A DNA stretch of 64,000 nucleotides from an uncultured Clostridium sp. (GCA_902461935.1 CABPZP010000002.1:43685-107684), one strand, 5' to 3'. Counted from the first letter of the stretch, positions 1 to 9,212 are shown. Translations and numbers: made by a program. Notes: generated by a model from the letters alone, not told the origin.

Positions 1-705
1 TCATTCAAAAACATCTTTTGTATTTTTAAACATCTTTTTATAAACACTCAAATTATTATTAGAATCTATTGTAGCTAAAAAAATATTATTTATGTCGTTG
101 TAGCCTTGAGAGGCGAGTTCTTTTTGTAGCCATATTTCATCATTTCCTGTTTGGAATAAATTTTCTCTTAACAATTTTCCATCTAAAATAACATCAGCTA
201 AAACTTTTTCATCAGGCAAATCTAAGTTCAAGTCTTTAGGTGTAGCAGGTTTACTATTAGATTTAGGCAAAAAGCTTAACTTTCCATTAGGTTCTATAAA
301 TACAGTTTGTAATTCACTTAAATTAAAATATCCGGCAGTTCTGCATAGCATTAAAAATTCTGTTAAATCTAATTTAGATTTTTTAAAATTATTCTTAAAT
401 AAATTTCCATTATTATATAAAACAAGAGAAGTACCAGTTATAACTCTACGAAATTTTAAAGATTTTGAATTAATAAAAGAAATAAGAACAGTAATTAAAG
501 CATATACAATCATAGCAACTAAAGGTTGCATAAAATCACTTTCAAGAGCAGTAGACATTTCGGCCGCAATAGAACCAATAGTTATTCCTATTATATAATC
601 AAAGGTGCTTAATTGAGAAATTTCTTTATTACCCATAATTTTAGCCAAAATAAAAAGAACAAATAAAGAACTTGAAGATAAAATAATAATTTTTAAAATA
701 TCCAT
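1..705 (-). CDS. DUF421-domain membrane protein (YetF-like)
   Basis: ORF track 1..756(-). The internal Met (MDILKII...) is preceded by GGAGG (rc of cctcc at 713-717), so start set to 705. Two N-terminal hydrophobic helices, then a soluble C-terminal part typical of DUF421. Confidence 0.6.
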   Translation of the reverse strand: MDILKIIILSSSSLFVLFILAKIMGNKEISQLSTFDYIIGITIGSIAAEMSTALESDFMQPLVAMIVYALITVLISFINSKSLKFRRVITGTSLVLYNNGNLFKNNFKKSKLDLTEFLMLCRTAGYFNLSELQTVFIEPNGKLSFLPKSNSKPATPKDLNLDLPDEKVLADVILDGKLLRENLFQTGNDEIWLQKELASQGYNDINNIFLATIDSNNNLSVYKKMFKNTKDVFE

Positions 706-756
706 AAATAAACCTCCATTTTTTAAATTATTTCCAAAATTTGAAATAAAATACAT

Positions 757-1273
757 ATTTGAAAATTAAAAAGAAAGCTGATATAATACTAAACGATGGT
801 GCATTATTCTAGTCATACTGTCTATTATGAGGGTGGGGCTAAAAATCCACTAAAGGGCACATCGTTGAAGTTTCTTGTTTGTGCGCGAAATGCCAGTTTT
901 GTGTGTTTGCAGGGAGTAAAGGAATTAGGGTAGTATATAATGGCATATATATGATTCCCTCATTTCGCGGAGGCTTAAGTTGCATCTTAAGTATAACCTA
1001 TGTTGAGTGCCAAGACACAAAATACATAGTGTAGCCTGTCTCGAGTGAAGGTATTGGGATTAATTTACCGAGAATTTAAAAGTTCGGCCAAATTTTTAAA
1101 TTTTTAGTTATGAAATTGCCTTTGCAAAAAAGACTAATAATAGAATAAAGTATGTTAAGGAAAACTTCTAGGCTGTTAGTTCATTTAAGAACTAGGAAAG
1201 CTAAGGATTAAGGTACGGATTTAAGTGGTGATCTGGTGTTCATTTTATGAATATTTTCTTTAAACGGAAACGA
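757..1273. other. ORF-free, GC-elevated block; candidate structured ncRNA or long leader (family unassigned)
   Basis: No ORF of 60 aa or more in six frames. Visibly more G/C than the flanks. Complementary segments: aacgatggtgc (791-802) / gcacatcgtt (857-867); atgaggg (833-839) and cgcgaaatg (884-892) both complement ccctcatttcgcg (957-969); cttaag..cttaag (974-991). Confidence 0.3.
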
Positions 1274-1535
1274 CTAAATAGTAATATTTAGTAGAAAATA
1301 GAGAAATTCGACTAGACCTAAACCGTAAAATTTACTTAGCTTTTTACCATCTAAAATAATATAAATTAGAAGGGATTGAACAAAAATAGATAAAGCAAAT
1401 AAAGATAAAGAAAACTCAGGGCTGAAATGGTTTGTAACAGTTTTTATAACAACATTTATTTTATCAATAACATTTTCATTTATTTCAACAAATGCATTAA
1501 ATAATTTACCATTAATACCAGCTATACTCATTTTA

Positions 1536-1970
1536 GTGTTAGTGGTATTTCTAGGTATTGTATTCGATATAGTTGGTGTTGCAGTTACAGTTGCAAATGA
1601 ATATGAATTTCATGCAAAAGCAACAAAAAAAGTAAAAGGTTCAAAAGCATCTATACATCTAATAAAAAATGCAGCAAAAGTTGCAAATTTCTGTGCAGAT
1701 GTTATAGGCGATATATGTGGAGTTTTGAGTGGTGCAATAAGTGCCATTATATCTGTAAAAATTACAGAAACTTTTGAGCTTACATTCAATATACAATTTA
1801 TAATAAGTGCTTTGGTTGCAGCAATAACAGTTGGAGGAAAGGCAATAGGAAAAGAAATTGCAAATAAAAATTCAACTAAAATAGTACATACAGTTGGAAT
1901 TATTTTAAATAAATTTAGTAAAGATGAGAAAAAACAAGAAAAAAAGAGCAAACAGAAAATAAATGCATAA
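1536..1970 (+). CDS. small integral membrane protein (DUF21/CNNM-like TM region, tentative); true start unresolved
   Basis: ORF track (GTG start). The same frame is open from 1380 and encodes a plausible TM helix (KWFVTVFITTFILSITFSF...) with no ATG/GTG/TTG before 1536. Confidence 0.45.
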   Translation: MLVVFLGIVFDIVGVAVTVANEYEFHAKATKKVKGSKASIHLIKNAAKVANFCADVIGDICGVLSGAISAIISVKITETFELTFNIQFIISALVAAITVGGKAIGKEIANKNSTKIVHTVGIILNKFSKDEKKQEKKSKQKINA

Positions 1971-1999
1971 AAATAAAAATATATAAACAAAAAGTAAAG

Positions 2000-2028
2000 T
2001 TGAAAACAAGGCTTTATGTAACTATAAT
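2000..2028 (+). promoter_or_regulatory. sigma-A-type promoter upstream of ctsR (TTGAAA-17-TATAAT)
   Basis: ttgaaa 2000-2005, 17-nt spacer, tataat 2023-2028. Confidence 0.5.
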
Positions 2029-2076
2029 ATAAAAAAGTAGGGCAGAAAATAATCTGCCCAATAAAAATAAAATAAA

Positions 2077-2100
2077 AGTCAAAGAAAGTCAAAGTCAAAA
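2077..2100 (+). promoter_or_regulatory. CtsR operator (direct GTCAAA heptad repeats)
   Basis: aGTCAAAgaaaGTCAAAGTCAAAa matches the known CtsR box (A/G)GTCAAAnAn(A/G)GTCAAA. It sits just 5' of the ctsR RBS. Confidence 0.75.
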
Positions 2101-2111
2101 AGGAGAAGAAG

Positions 2112-2556
2112 ATGAGAATATCAGATGTAATAGAAAACTTTTTAAAAGATATGCTTGCAGAAGATGAATTTATAGAAATTCAAAGAAATGAGCTTGCAGA
2201 ACATTTTAATTGTGTACCATCGCAAATAAATTATGTTATATCAACAAGATTTAAACCATCGCAAGGCTATTATGTAGAAAGCAAACGCCGGAGGTGGAGG
2301 ACACATAAAAATAAGAAAAGTGAATATAACAAAAAGCGAATATTTAATGCACATAATTCAAAATTTGGGAGAAAGTTTATCTGCAAACGAAGTTGATATT
2401 TTTATAAGTAATTTTTTGTCATATCAAATAATAAATGAAAAAGAGGCAAAACTTTTAAAGGTAGCAACAAGTGATAATGTACTTAATTTGGCTAAAGAAA
2501 ATAAAGACAAAATTCGAGCTAATATATTTAAAAATATGATTTTAAATTTGATTTAG
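2112..2556 (+). pseudogene. ctsR: ctsR (class III stress repressor) interrupted by a +1 frameshift in the tetraglycine loop
   Basis: ORFs 2112..2396 and 2320..2556 together give a CtsR-like sequence (SQINYVISTRF...YYVESKR / GGGGHIKIRKVNITKSEY...). Removing one C at 2288/2289 (aaa cgc C gga ggt gga gga) restores KRGGGG. Confidence 0.85.
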
Positions 2557-2564
2557 AATTATAA

Positions 2565-2705
2565 ATGCCAAATATATTGTTTTTTATACCTTGGTGTCGC
2601 AATCATTAATTTTTAAATAAGGAAGATTGCTCCAAATAGCACTCGCAGAAAAATCTACTCGTTTGGTCGCTTACGCGGTATTTCAAAACAAATATATTTG
2701 TCATT
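2565..2705 (+). mobile_element. MITE-like inverted-repeat element, copy A (about 141 bp)
   Basis: Ends ATGCCAAATATATTGTTTT / AAAACAAATATATTTGTCAT are inverted repeats. The internal arms (ttggtgtcgcaatc / gattgctccaa) also pair. Near-identical arms recur at 4389-4609. Confidence 0.7.
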
Positions 2706-2720
2706 AAAAAATAGATTAAT

Positions 2721-2757
2721 GTCAAACGTTGTAGGGGTCGGCGTCCCCGACGACCCG
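2721..2757 (+). repeat. REP-like unit (leader GTCAAACGTT + GTAGGGG + hairpin GGGTCGGCGTCCCCGACGACCC)
   Basis: Sequence read directly. A hairpin-less leader copy follows at 2776-2791 (aatgtcaaatgttata). Confidence 0.85.
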
Positions 2758-2819
2758 TAAAAAAAGCATATAATTAATGTCAAATGTTATAAATTAATAA
2801 TTAGAAAGGAGAATTAAAA

Positions 2820-3365
2820 ATGAAATGTCAAAATTGTGGTAAAAACAATGCAAATGTAAAATATACACAAATAATAAATGGAGAAAAAAAGGAATTTATT
2901 CTATGTGAGGAATGTGCTGAAAAACTTGGAATTAATAACAAAATTCACTTTGATATGAATATGAATTTTGGAAGTATTTTAGGAGATTTCTTCGATGAAT
3001 ATAAATCAAACTATGGATTATTAGGTGATTTTCCAGAATTAGAACCAGAAAGATGTGAAAAATGTGGAATGACATATGAACAGTTCATAAATGAAGGAAA
3101 ATTTGGATGTGATAATTGTTATAATGTATTTTCAAATAAAATAGATGGTGTGTTAAAAAATATTCAAGGAGCAAATATTCACACAGGAAGAAAAGGTAAA
3201 AGAATTGAAAGCAAAATAGTTAAAAAAGATAAAAAGGAAGAAAAGCAAGAAGATAAAACATTAGATTTAAAAGAAAAACTAAATAAGGCAATAAAAGAAG
3301 AACGTTATGAAGATGCAGCAAAAATAAGAGATGAAATTAAAAAAGTTGAAAGGAATGATAAATAA
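2820..3365 (+). CDS. mcsA: McsA, protein arginine kinase activator (zinc fingers + UVR domain)
   Basis: CxxC pairs (CQNCG, CEEC, CEKCG, CDNC) and a C-terminal UVR-like ERYEDAAKIRDEIKK. Sits between ctsR and mcsB. Confidence 0.9.
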   Translation: MKCQNCGKNNANVKYTQIINGEKKEFILCEECAEKLGINNKIHFDMNMNFGSILGDFFDEYKSNYGLLGDFPELEPERCEKCGMTYEQFINEGKFGCDNCYNVFSNKIDGVLKNIQGANIHTGRKGKRIESKIVKKDKKEEKQEDKTLDLKEKLNKAIKEERYEDAAKIRDEIKKVERNDK

Positions 3366-4381
3366 TGAATTGGTATTTACAAAGTGGAAAAGAATCTGAT
3401 GTTGTTGTAAGCTCAAGAATAAGACTTGCTAGAAATATAATAGAATATCCTTTTGAAACAAGATGCTCTAAAAAAGAAAATGAAGAAATTGTAAATAAAA
3501 TAAAAGAAGTTTTACCATCAATAGGATATGGCTTAAAAATATTAAAGCTAAAAGATATGGACGATATAACAAAAATGAGTTTAGTGGAAAAAAGATTAGT
3601 TAGTCCAGATTTTGTTATGAACAAAAATGACATAGGAGCAATAGCAATTAATGAAGAAGAAAATATATGTATAATGATTAACGAAGAAGACCATTTAAGA
3701 CTACAAGTATTCGCACCAGGATTTGAAATTGAAGAACTTTTAAAACTTATGGTAGAAATAGATACTAAATTTGGAAAAGCTTTAAATTATGCATATAATG
3801 ATAAATACGGATATTTAACAGCTTGCCCAACAAATGTAGGAACTGGAATGAGAGTATCTGTAATGGTACATTTGCCAGCACTTACAAAAACAGGAAATAT
3901 ACAAAAAGTATTGCATATTATAAATAATTTTGGAATGAATATAAGAGGAATATATGGAGAAGGAAGCAAAGCAGCAGGTGATATGTACCAAATATCTAAT
4001 AAACAAACTCTTGGTGTATCTGAAGAAGAAATTATAAATAATATGAAAATTATAGTAGAAAAAATAATAGAACAAGAACGTTTAGCAAGAAAATATCTAG
4101 CAAAACATAGTATAGAGTTAGAAGATAAGGTTTACAGAAGCTTTGGAATCATTAGTAATTGTAAGAAAATATCTTCAGAAGAAGCTAGAGAAATTTTGTC
4201 AGATGTAAAGTTGGGAACAGATTTAGGCATAATAAAAGAGCTAGATGATTTGAAAGTTAAAAAATTGTATTTATATACTAAACCGGCTAATTTGCAAAAA
4301 TATTTGGGTGAAGTAAATGATAATTATGAGCGCGATATAAAACGTGCAGAAGTAATTAAAAATATAATTAAAGAAAATTAA
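3365..4381 (+). CDS. mcsB: McsB, protein arginine kinase (ATP:guanido phosphotransferase)
   Basis: Contains CPTNVGTGMRVSVMVHLPAL, the phosphagen-kinase active-site motif. Operon context. Confidence 0.9.
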   Translation: MNWYLQSGKESDVVVSSRIRLARNIIEYPFETRCSKKENEEIVNKIKEVLPSIGYGLKILKLKDMDDITKMSLVEKRLVSPDFVMNKNDIGAIAINEEENICIMINEEDHLRLQVFAPGFEIEELLKLMVEIDTKFGKALNYAYNDKYGYLTACPTNVGTGMRVSVMVHLPALTKTGNIQKVLHIINNFGMNIRGIYGEGSKAAGDMYQISNKQTLGVSEEEIINNMKIIVEKIIEQERLARKYLAKHSIELEDKVYRSFGIISNCKKISSEEAREILSDVKLGTDLGIIKELDDLKVKKLYLYTKPANLQKYLGEVNDNYERDIKRAEVIKNIIKEN

Positions 4382-4388
4382 TAATTCT

Positions 4389-4609
4389 ATGCCAAATATA
4401 TTGTTTTTTATACCTTGGTGTCGCAATCTTCGGATTAAAAATGGTCATTGACCATTTGGGGACATATTTAATATTTTATAAAATTATTTTCTAGATTTAC
4501 ACATACTAACATGTAAATTTATAAAATGAAGATTGCTCCAAATCGCACTCGCAGAAAACTGCTCGTTTGGTCGCTTACGCGGTATTTCAAAACAAATATA
4601 TTTGTCATT
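4389..4609 (+). mobile_element. MITE-like inverted-repeat element, copy B (about 221 bp, carries an extra ~100-bp insert)
   Basis: Same left arm (4389-4428) and right arm (4530-4609) as copy A. The insert holds its own palindromes: aatggtcattgaccatt (4440-4456) and atttaca..tgtaaat. Confidence 0.7.
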
Positions 4610-4648
4610 TCATAAATTTATTATAATTATGTTTTCTACAAATATTAT

Positions 4649-4687
4649 TGTCAAACGTTGTAGGGGTCGGAGGCCTTGGGCGACCCG
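4649..4687 (+). repeat. REP-like unit (TGTCAAACGTT GTAGGGG TCGGAGGCCTTGGGCGACCCG)
   Basis: Sequence read directly. ORF 4533..4718 is a translation artefact across MITE+REP. Confidence 0.8.
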
Positions 4688-4733
4688 AAAAAATAAAATT
4701 AAAAATATTTTAAATTAGAAAGGAGAAAAGAAC

Positions 4734-7172
4734 ATGACTTATAAATTTACAAATAGTGCTCAAAATGCTATTGAATTTGCTAATGAAATTGCAATAGAAT
4801 TAGGGCATAAATATTTAGGAACAGAACATATTTTATATGGTTTAACAAAAGAGGAAACTGGAATCGCTAAAAAGGTTTTGGAACTTCAAGGTGTTAATAG
4901 TGAAAATGTTTTAGAGAAAATTGAAGATTTAATAGGTGAAGATGAAGATAAATTAGATGCAACTTTTGGGTTTACTCCACGTACAAAAAGAGTTATAGAA
5001 AATGCTTTTAGAGAAGCTAAAAAGCTTGGTTCAGATTATATAGGAACAGAGCATTTATTACTTGGTTTAATGAGAGAGGGGGATAGTGTTGCAACGAGAA
5101 TTTTAGTTGAATTAAATGTTGAACCTACAAAGTTATTTAATGAATTAAACAAAGTAATAGAAAATGAAAACGAACAAAATGGAAATACAAATGGAAAATC
5201 AAATTATAATAATGGAAGCTATAATTCTACGCCAACTTTAAATCAATTTGGAACAGATTTAACTAAATCAGCAAAAGAAGGAAAGCTAGATCCTGTTATA
5301 GGTAGAAGTGAAGAAATTGAAAGGGTTATTCAAATTTTATCAAGAAGAACTAAAAATAATCCATGTTTAATTGGTGAACCAGGTGTTGGTAAAACAGCTG
5401 TAGTAGAAGGCTTAGCACAAAAAATAATAGCAGGAGATGTTCCAGATTTATTAAAAAATAAAAGACTTGTATCAATGGATATTTCTGGAATGGTTGCAGG
5501 TGCAAAATATAGAGGAGACTTTGAAGAAAGAATAAAGAAGTCTTTAAATGAAGTAAAAAAAGCAGGAGATGTAATTTTATTTATAGATGAAATTCATACA
5601 ATAGTTGGTGCTGGAGCAGCAGAGGGAGCAATAGATGCAGCTAATATTTTAAAACCATTGCTTGCAAGAGGAGAAATACAATTAATAGGTGCAACAACAA
5701 TTAATGAATATAGAAAATATATTGAACAAGATAGTGCATTAGAACGTAGATTTAGTCCTGTAGATTTAGCAGAACCTTCAAAAGAAGATACTGTTAACAT
5801 TTTAAAAGGAATTAGAGATAAATATGAGGCACATCATAACGTTAAAATAACAGATGAAGCTATAAAAGCAGCTGTAGATTTATCTGTAAGATATGTAAAT
5901 GATAGATTTTTACCAGATAAAGCAATAGACTTAATAGATGAAGCGGCATCTAGAATAAAAATAAAAACATACTCTGAGCCAAAAACAATAAAAGAACTAG
6001 AAGAAAAAGTAGAAAAATTAGGTAAGGAAAAAGAAGAATTAGTTCAAGTTCAAAAATTTGAAAAAGCAGCAAAATTAAGAGATGAAATAAAAACATTAAA
6101 AGAAGAATTAGAAGAACAAAAAAGTAAATGGCAAAACAAAAAAACAAAATCTATAACAATGCTTACAGAAGAAAATATTGCAGAGGTTATATCTTCTTGG
6201 ACAGGAATTCCTACTAAAAAAATAACACAAGATGAAAATAAAAAACTAAAAAAATTAGAAGAAGAATTGCATAAAAGAGTTGTAGGACAAGAAGAAGCAG
6301 TAGAAGCAGTAAGCAAAGCAATAAGAAGAAGTAGAGTAGGGTTAAAAGACCCTAAAAGACCAATAGGTTCATTCTTATTCTTAGGGCCAACAGGAGTTGG
6401 TAAAACAGAACTTTCAAAAGCCTTAGCAGAATGCTTATTTGGAAACGAAGATGCAATGATAAGAATTGACATGAGCGAATTTATGGAAGGCCATTCAACT
6501 GCAAAATTAATAGGTGCTCCTCCAGGATATGTAGGATTTGATGAAGGTGGACAATTAACAGAAAAAATAAGAAGAAAACCATATAGTGTAATATTATTTG
6601 ATGAAATAGAAAAAGCTCATCCAGATGTAATGAATATATTATTACAAATACTAGATGATGGTAGATTAACAGATAGTCAAGGAAGAACAGTAGACTTTAA
6701 AAACACAGTAATAATAATGACATCTAACATAGGAGCAAGATTAATAACAGATAAAAAATCACTAGGTTTTTCAGAAAATAAAGAAAATGATAGCAAAGAA
6801 TATGAAAATACTAAAAAAGAAGTAATGACAGAACTAAAAAAAGAATTTCGTCCAGAATTTTTAAACAGAATAGATGAAACAATAGTATTCCATAAATTAA
6901 CAGATACTGAAATAGACAAAATAATAGATTTAATGCTAAAAGAAGTAGAAAGAAGAATGAAAGAACAAGGAATAGAATTAAAAATAGAGAAATCAGTGAA
7001 AAAACTAGTCGCAGAAAAAGGAATAGATAAATCATATGGAGCAAGACCACTAAGAAGAGCAATACAAAACATAGTAGAAGATAGTTTAGCAGAATACATT
7101 TTAGATGGAAAAATAAAAGCAGGAGAAGAAGTTAAAATAGCAGCAAAAGACGGAAAAATAATTGTAAAATAA
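4734..7172 (+). CDS. clpC: ClpC, ATP-dependent Clp protease ATP-binding subunit
   Basis: 812 aa with Clp_N repeats, two AAA+ modules ([16 protein letters not shown]) and a UVR-like linker. Last gene of the ctsR operon. Confidence 0.95.
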   Translation: MTYKFTNSAQNAIEFANEIAIELGHKYLGTEHILYGLTKEETGIAKKVLELQGVNSENVLEKIEDLIGEDEDKLDATFGFTPRTKRVIENAFREAKKLGSDYIGTEHLLLGLMREGDSVATRILVELNVEPTKLFNELNKVIENENEQNGNTNGKSNYNNGSYNSTPTLNQFGTDLTKSAKEGKLDPVIGRSEEIERVIQILSRRTKNNPCLIGEPGVGKTAVVEGLAQKIIAGDVPDLLKNKRLVSMDISGMVAGAKYRGDFEERIKKSLNEVKKAGDVILFIDEIHTIVGAGAAEGAIDAANILKPLLARGEIQLIGATTINEYRKYIEQDSALERRFSPVDLAEPSKEDTVNILKGIRDKYEAHHNVKITDEAIKAAVDLSVRYVNDRFLPDKAIDLIDEAASRIKIKTYSEPKTIKELEEKVEKLGKEKEELVQVQKFEKAAKLRDEIKTLKEELEEQKSKWQNKKTKSITMLTEENIAEVISSWTGIPTKKITQDENKKLKKLEEELHKRVVGQEEAVEAVSKAIRRSRVGLKDPKRPIGSFLFLGPTGVGKTELSKALAECLFGNEDAMIRIDMSEFMEGHSTAKLIGAPPGYVGFDEGGQLTEKIRRKPYSVILFDEIEKAHPDVMNILLQILDDGRLTDSQGRTVDFKNTVIIMTSNIGARLITDKKSLGFSENKENDSKEYENTKKEVMTELKKEFRPEFLNRIDETIVFHKLTDTEIDKIIDLMLKEVERRMKEQGIELKIEKSVKKLVAEKGIDKSYGARPLRRAIQNIVEDSLAEYILDGKIKAGEEVKIAAKDGKIIVK

Positions 7173-7178
7173 ATTTAT

Positions 7179-7205
7179 AGAGCGGAAACAAACCGCTCTA
7201 AATTT
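7179..7205 (+). terminator. intrinsic terminator after clpC
   Basis: agagcgg-aaacaa-accgctct followed by aaatttttta. Confidence 0.7.
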
Positions 7206-7230
7206 TTTATTATAAAAATCTTATTTTTAT

Positions 7231-7258
7231 TGTAGGGGTCGGCGTCCCCGACGACCCG
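7231..7258 (+). repeat. REP-like hairpin (TGTAGGGGTCGGCGTCCCCGACGACCCG), no TGTCAAACGTT leader
   Basis: Sequence read directly. Confidence 0.85.
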
Positions 7259-7285
7259 CTAAAACAAATATATTTTACAATTTTA

Positions 7286-8152
7286 TTATGTTGAAATAGG
7301 ATGAACATGAATAATAACACTATCAATTTGTTCAATATTGTTTAAAATGTCTTTTTCTAAACTATCTGCAACAGAGTGGCTTTTAAAAGTACTCATATTG
7401 CCATCTATATAAATTGTAAAAACAACTACATATTTATATCCAACTGGAACAGAGTATAAATTTTCGATTTTTATAATTTCATTATAATTTTTTCCAAGAT
7501 TATAAATTAAATCTGTAGAATTTTTGTCTAAAGAAATATCCATTAAAACATTATAACTTTCAATAAAAATTGTAATTCCTGTATAACAAATCCAAACAGA
7601 AATACCAAGTCCTACAACACCATCTACCCAGAACCAACCAATCAAAGAAAATAAAATAGAAATAAGTGTAAAAGTTGTAACAATGCAATCATTTCTATGG
7701 TCTTTCATATTAGATTTCAAAAGAATATTATTATACCTTTCAGTAACTTTTTTTGCATACATATATAAACAAAATTTAACAATAATTGTTGTAATACAAA
7801 CTAAAACTAATAGCCAAGAAAATTCTAATTTACTACCAAAAACAAGTGAAGAAATAGCATCAACAAATAATTTTATTGCAACACCTATCATAGATAAGCT
7901 AATAAAGAAAGAAGAAATATATTCAGCCTTTCCATGACCAAAATTATGCCCTTCATCTCGTGGCTCACTTGCAATTTTGTTGCCTATAAAAGTCATAGCA
8001 GAAGCAAAGATATCTCCAGCACTATTTGCAGCATCTGCTATCATTGCCTGACTTCCACTCATAAGACCGACAAATCCTTTTATAATAAGTAAAAATATAT
8101 TTCCTAAAATGCCAGCAATACCAACACGTTTAGTCTCTTTATATCTATCCAA
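7286..8152 (-). CDS. cation diffusion facilitator (CDF) family metal efflux transporter
   Basis: 288 aa with six TM segments, the ADAANSAGD motif in TM2 and a C-terminal cytoplasmic domain. Confidence 0.8.
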   Translation of the reverse strand: MDRYKETKRVGIAGILGNIFLLIIKGFVGLMSGSQAMIADAANSAGDIFASAMTFIGNKIASEPRDEGHNFGHGKAEYISSFFISLSMIGVAIKLFVDAISSLVFGSKLEFSWLLVLVCITTIIVKFCLYMYAKKVTERYNNILLKSNMKDHRNDCIVTTFTLISILFSLIGWFWVDGVVGLGISVWICYTGITIFIESYNVLMDISLDKNSTDLIYNLGKNYNEIIKIENLYSVPVGYKYVVVFTIYIDGNMSTFKSHSVADSLEKDILNNIEQIDSVIIHVHPIST

Positions 8153-8283
8153 AAAATCACCTCAAAATTAAATTCTTCTTATTATAGCATACAGTAAAAT
8201 AAACTAATGTTACAATTATATTACAAAAAAGTTGCAATTATATTACAAACGTGTTATAATAGAAATGGATTTTACAAAAGAAG

Positions 8284-8625
8284 GTGATTTTAATGAAAGA
8301 ATTAATTACACTGATATACGTTTTAATATTTGGAATAATAGCATTAATAGCATATGCAATTATGCAAATAAAATTAATAGGATTAAATGTAAAAGATTTT
8401 TGTAGCTTTATAGAAGCAAATGAAATGTTAGATAAATTATATAAAGTTGCAAAAAAATATGAATTAATGAATCAACAAGAACAAGTAGTATTCTTAATGG
8501 AAGCAGAAAAAGTTTTTAATGCTTTCGATAAAGTACCGCAAGTAATATGGGAAGAAGAATATGAAAAATATTCAGATGTATTAAATGCATATAAGAATAT
8601 AAAAGTATATAGATGGGCAAATTAA
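8284..8625 (+). CDS. hypothetical small membrane protein
   Basis: ORF track. One N-terminal TM helix. Start could be the ATG at 8293. Confidence 0.4.
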   Translation: MILMKELITLIYVLIFGIIALIAYAIMQIKLIGLNVKDFCSFIEANEMLDKLYKVAKKYELMNQQEQVVFLMEAEKVFNAFDKVPQVIWEEEYEKYSDVLNAYKNIKVYRWAN

Positions 8626-8700
8626 AAATAGTTTAACATAAAAAACACTATATTGTACTATGGAAAAAGAAACCGATGACGTTTTAAATGTTGTCGGTTT

Positions 8701-8919
8701 CTAATTTTGTTTGTAAGGCTTTTTTATATCTGTTAATCCTATAATATAGTCAACAGAAGTATTATAGAACTTAGCAAGTTTTATTAAATTATAAATATCA
8801 ATTGTAATTTCACCAGACTCATATCGAGAATAAGTTTGTTGAGAACAATTAAGTAATTTGGCAATTGTAGTTTGAGTTAAATCTTTATCCTCCCTTAAAT
8901 CTCTAATTCTTAATTTCAT
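8701..8919 (-). CDS. XRE-family helix-turn-helix transcriptional regulator
   Basis: 72 aa. LTQTTIAKLLNCSQQTYSRYESGE is a typical Cro/C1 HTH. Confidence 0.8.
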   Translation of the reverse strand: MKLRIRDLREDKDLTQTTIAKLLNCSQQTYSRYESGEITIDIYNLIKLAKFYNTSVDYIIGLTDIKKPYKQN

Positions 8920-8969
8920 AATTAACTCCTAAAATAACAAAATTATATACAAAATAATTATAAAATATT

Positions 8970-9011
8970 CGTAAAACGTGTATTGACATTTACGCGTTTT
9001 ACGTGTAAACT
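8970..9011 (+). promoter_or_regulatory. promoter (TTGACA-17-TAAACT) bracketed by a 13-bp inverted repeat; candidate XRE operator
   Basis: cgtaaaacgtgta (8970-8982) and tacgcgttttacg (8991-9003) match 12/13 as an inverted repeat and flank the -35 TTGACA (8983-8988). -10 taaact at 9006-9011. Confidence 0.5.
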
Positions 9012-9212
9012 GATTACAAAAATTGACGAAAGAAAAGATATTAACAAATGTATGGGATGATGCCTCTGTTCGTCTGCAAATATGACATAAGAAAATGATA
9101 AATTCCATAAAAAAATAAAAACTATTGCCAAAAGAAAATATTTAATGTAAAATATTACCTAATAGTAAAGAACTAAAAATACAGAGCTGATTCAAGAAAA
9201 AGGAGAGAAAAA

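Noticed and set aside
757-1273. This block might be RNase P RNA, tmRNA, SRP RNA, a T-box, an M-box or a cobalamin riboswitch.
   Set aside because: None of the diagnostic motifs is present on either strand: GAGGAAAGUCC, T-arm/CCA tail, GGAAGCAGCC, GGGUGGUACCGCG, GUUAGGUGAGGCU, GCCACUG. Partial resemblances (aattagggtagta, ttaagtggtgatctggtg) do not extend.
2040-2060. The hairpin gggcaga-aaataat-tctgccc upstream of ctsR might be a terminator of the preceding gene.
   Set aside because: It is followed by an A-rich rather than T-rich tract on the + strand. It also lies downstream of the predicted ctsR promoter -10, so its role is unclear. I did not call it as a feature.
1610-2098. Numerous antisense or overlapping low-complexity ORFs appear in the track (e.g. 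1610..2098-, 5950..6147-, 6050..6472-, 6677..7099-, 9556..9912-, 9991..10362-, 24957..24256-type L/F/I-rich ORFs).
   Set aside because: They lie opposite or out of frame to strongly supported genes and are F/L/I/Y-rich. That is expected from stop-poor frames in AT-rich DNA. None has an RBS or recognisable motifs.
2721-2791. GTCAAA in the REP leader (TGTCAAACGTT) is identical to the CtsR half-site, so these might be extra CtsR operators.
   Set aside because: CtsR needs a direct heptad repeat with about 3-4 nt spacing, as at 2077-2100. The leader carries a single half-site, and copies occur next to unrelated genes. I treat this as coincidence unless genome-wide data say otherwise.
4533-4718. 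Track ORFs run through repeats: 4533..4718, 15318..15512(-), 32474..32692(-), 36010..36339(-), 51432..51650(-), 56573..56872(-).
   Set aside because: They owe their length to MITE/REP sequence and translate to RGRRPW/SGRRGRRPLQ-type peptides. They have no RBS and overlap better-supported features.
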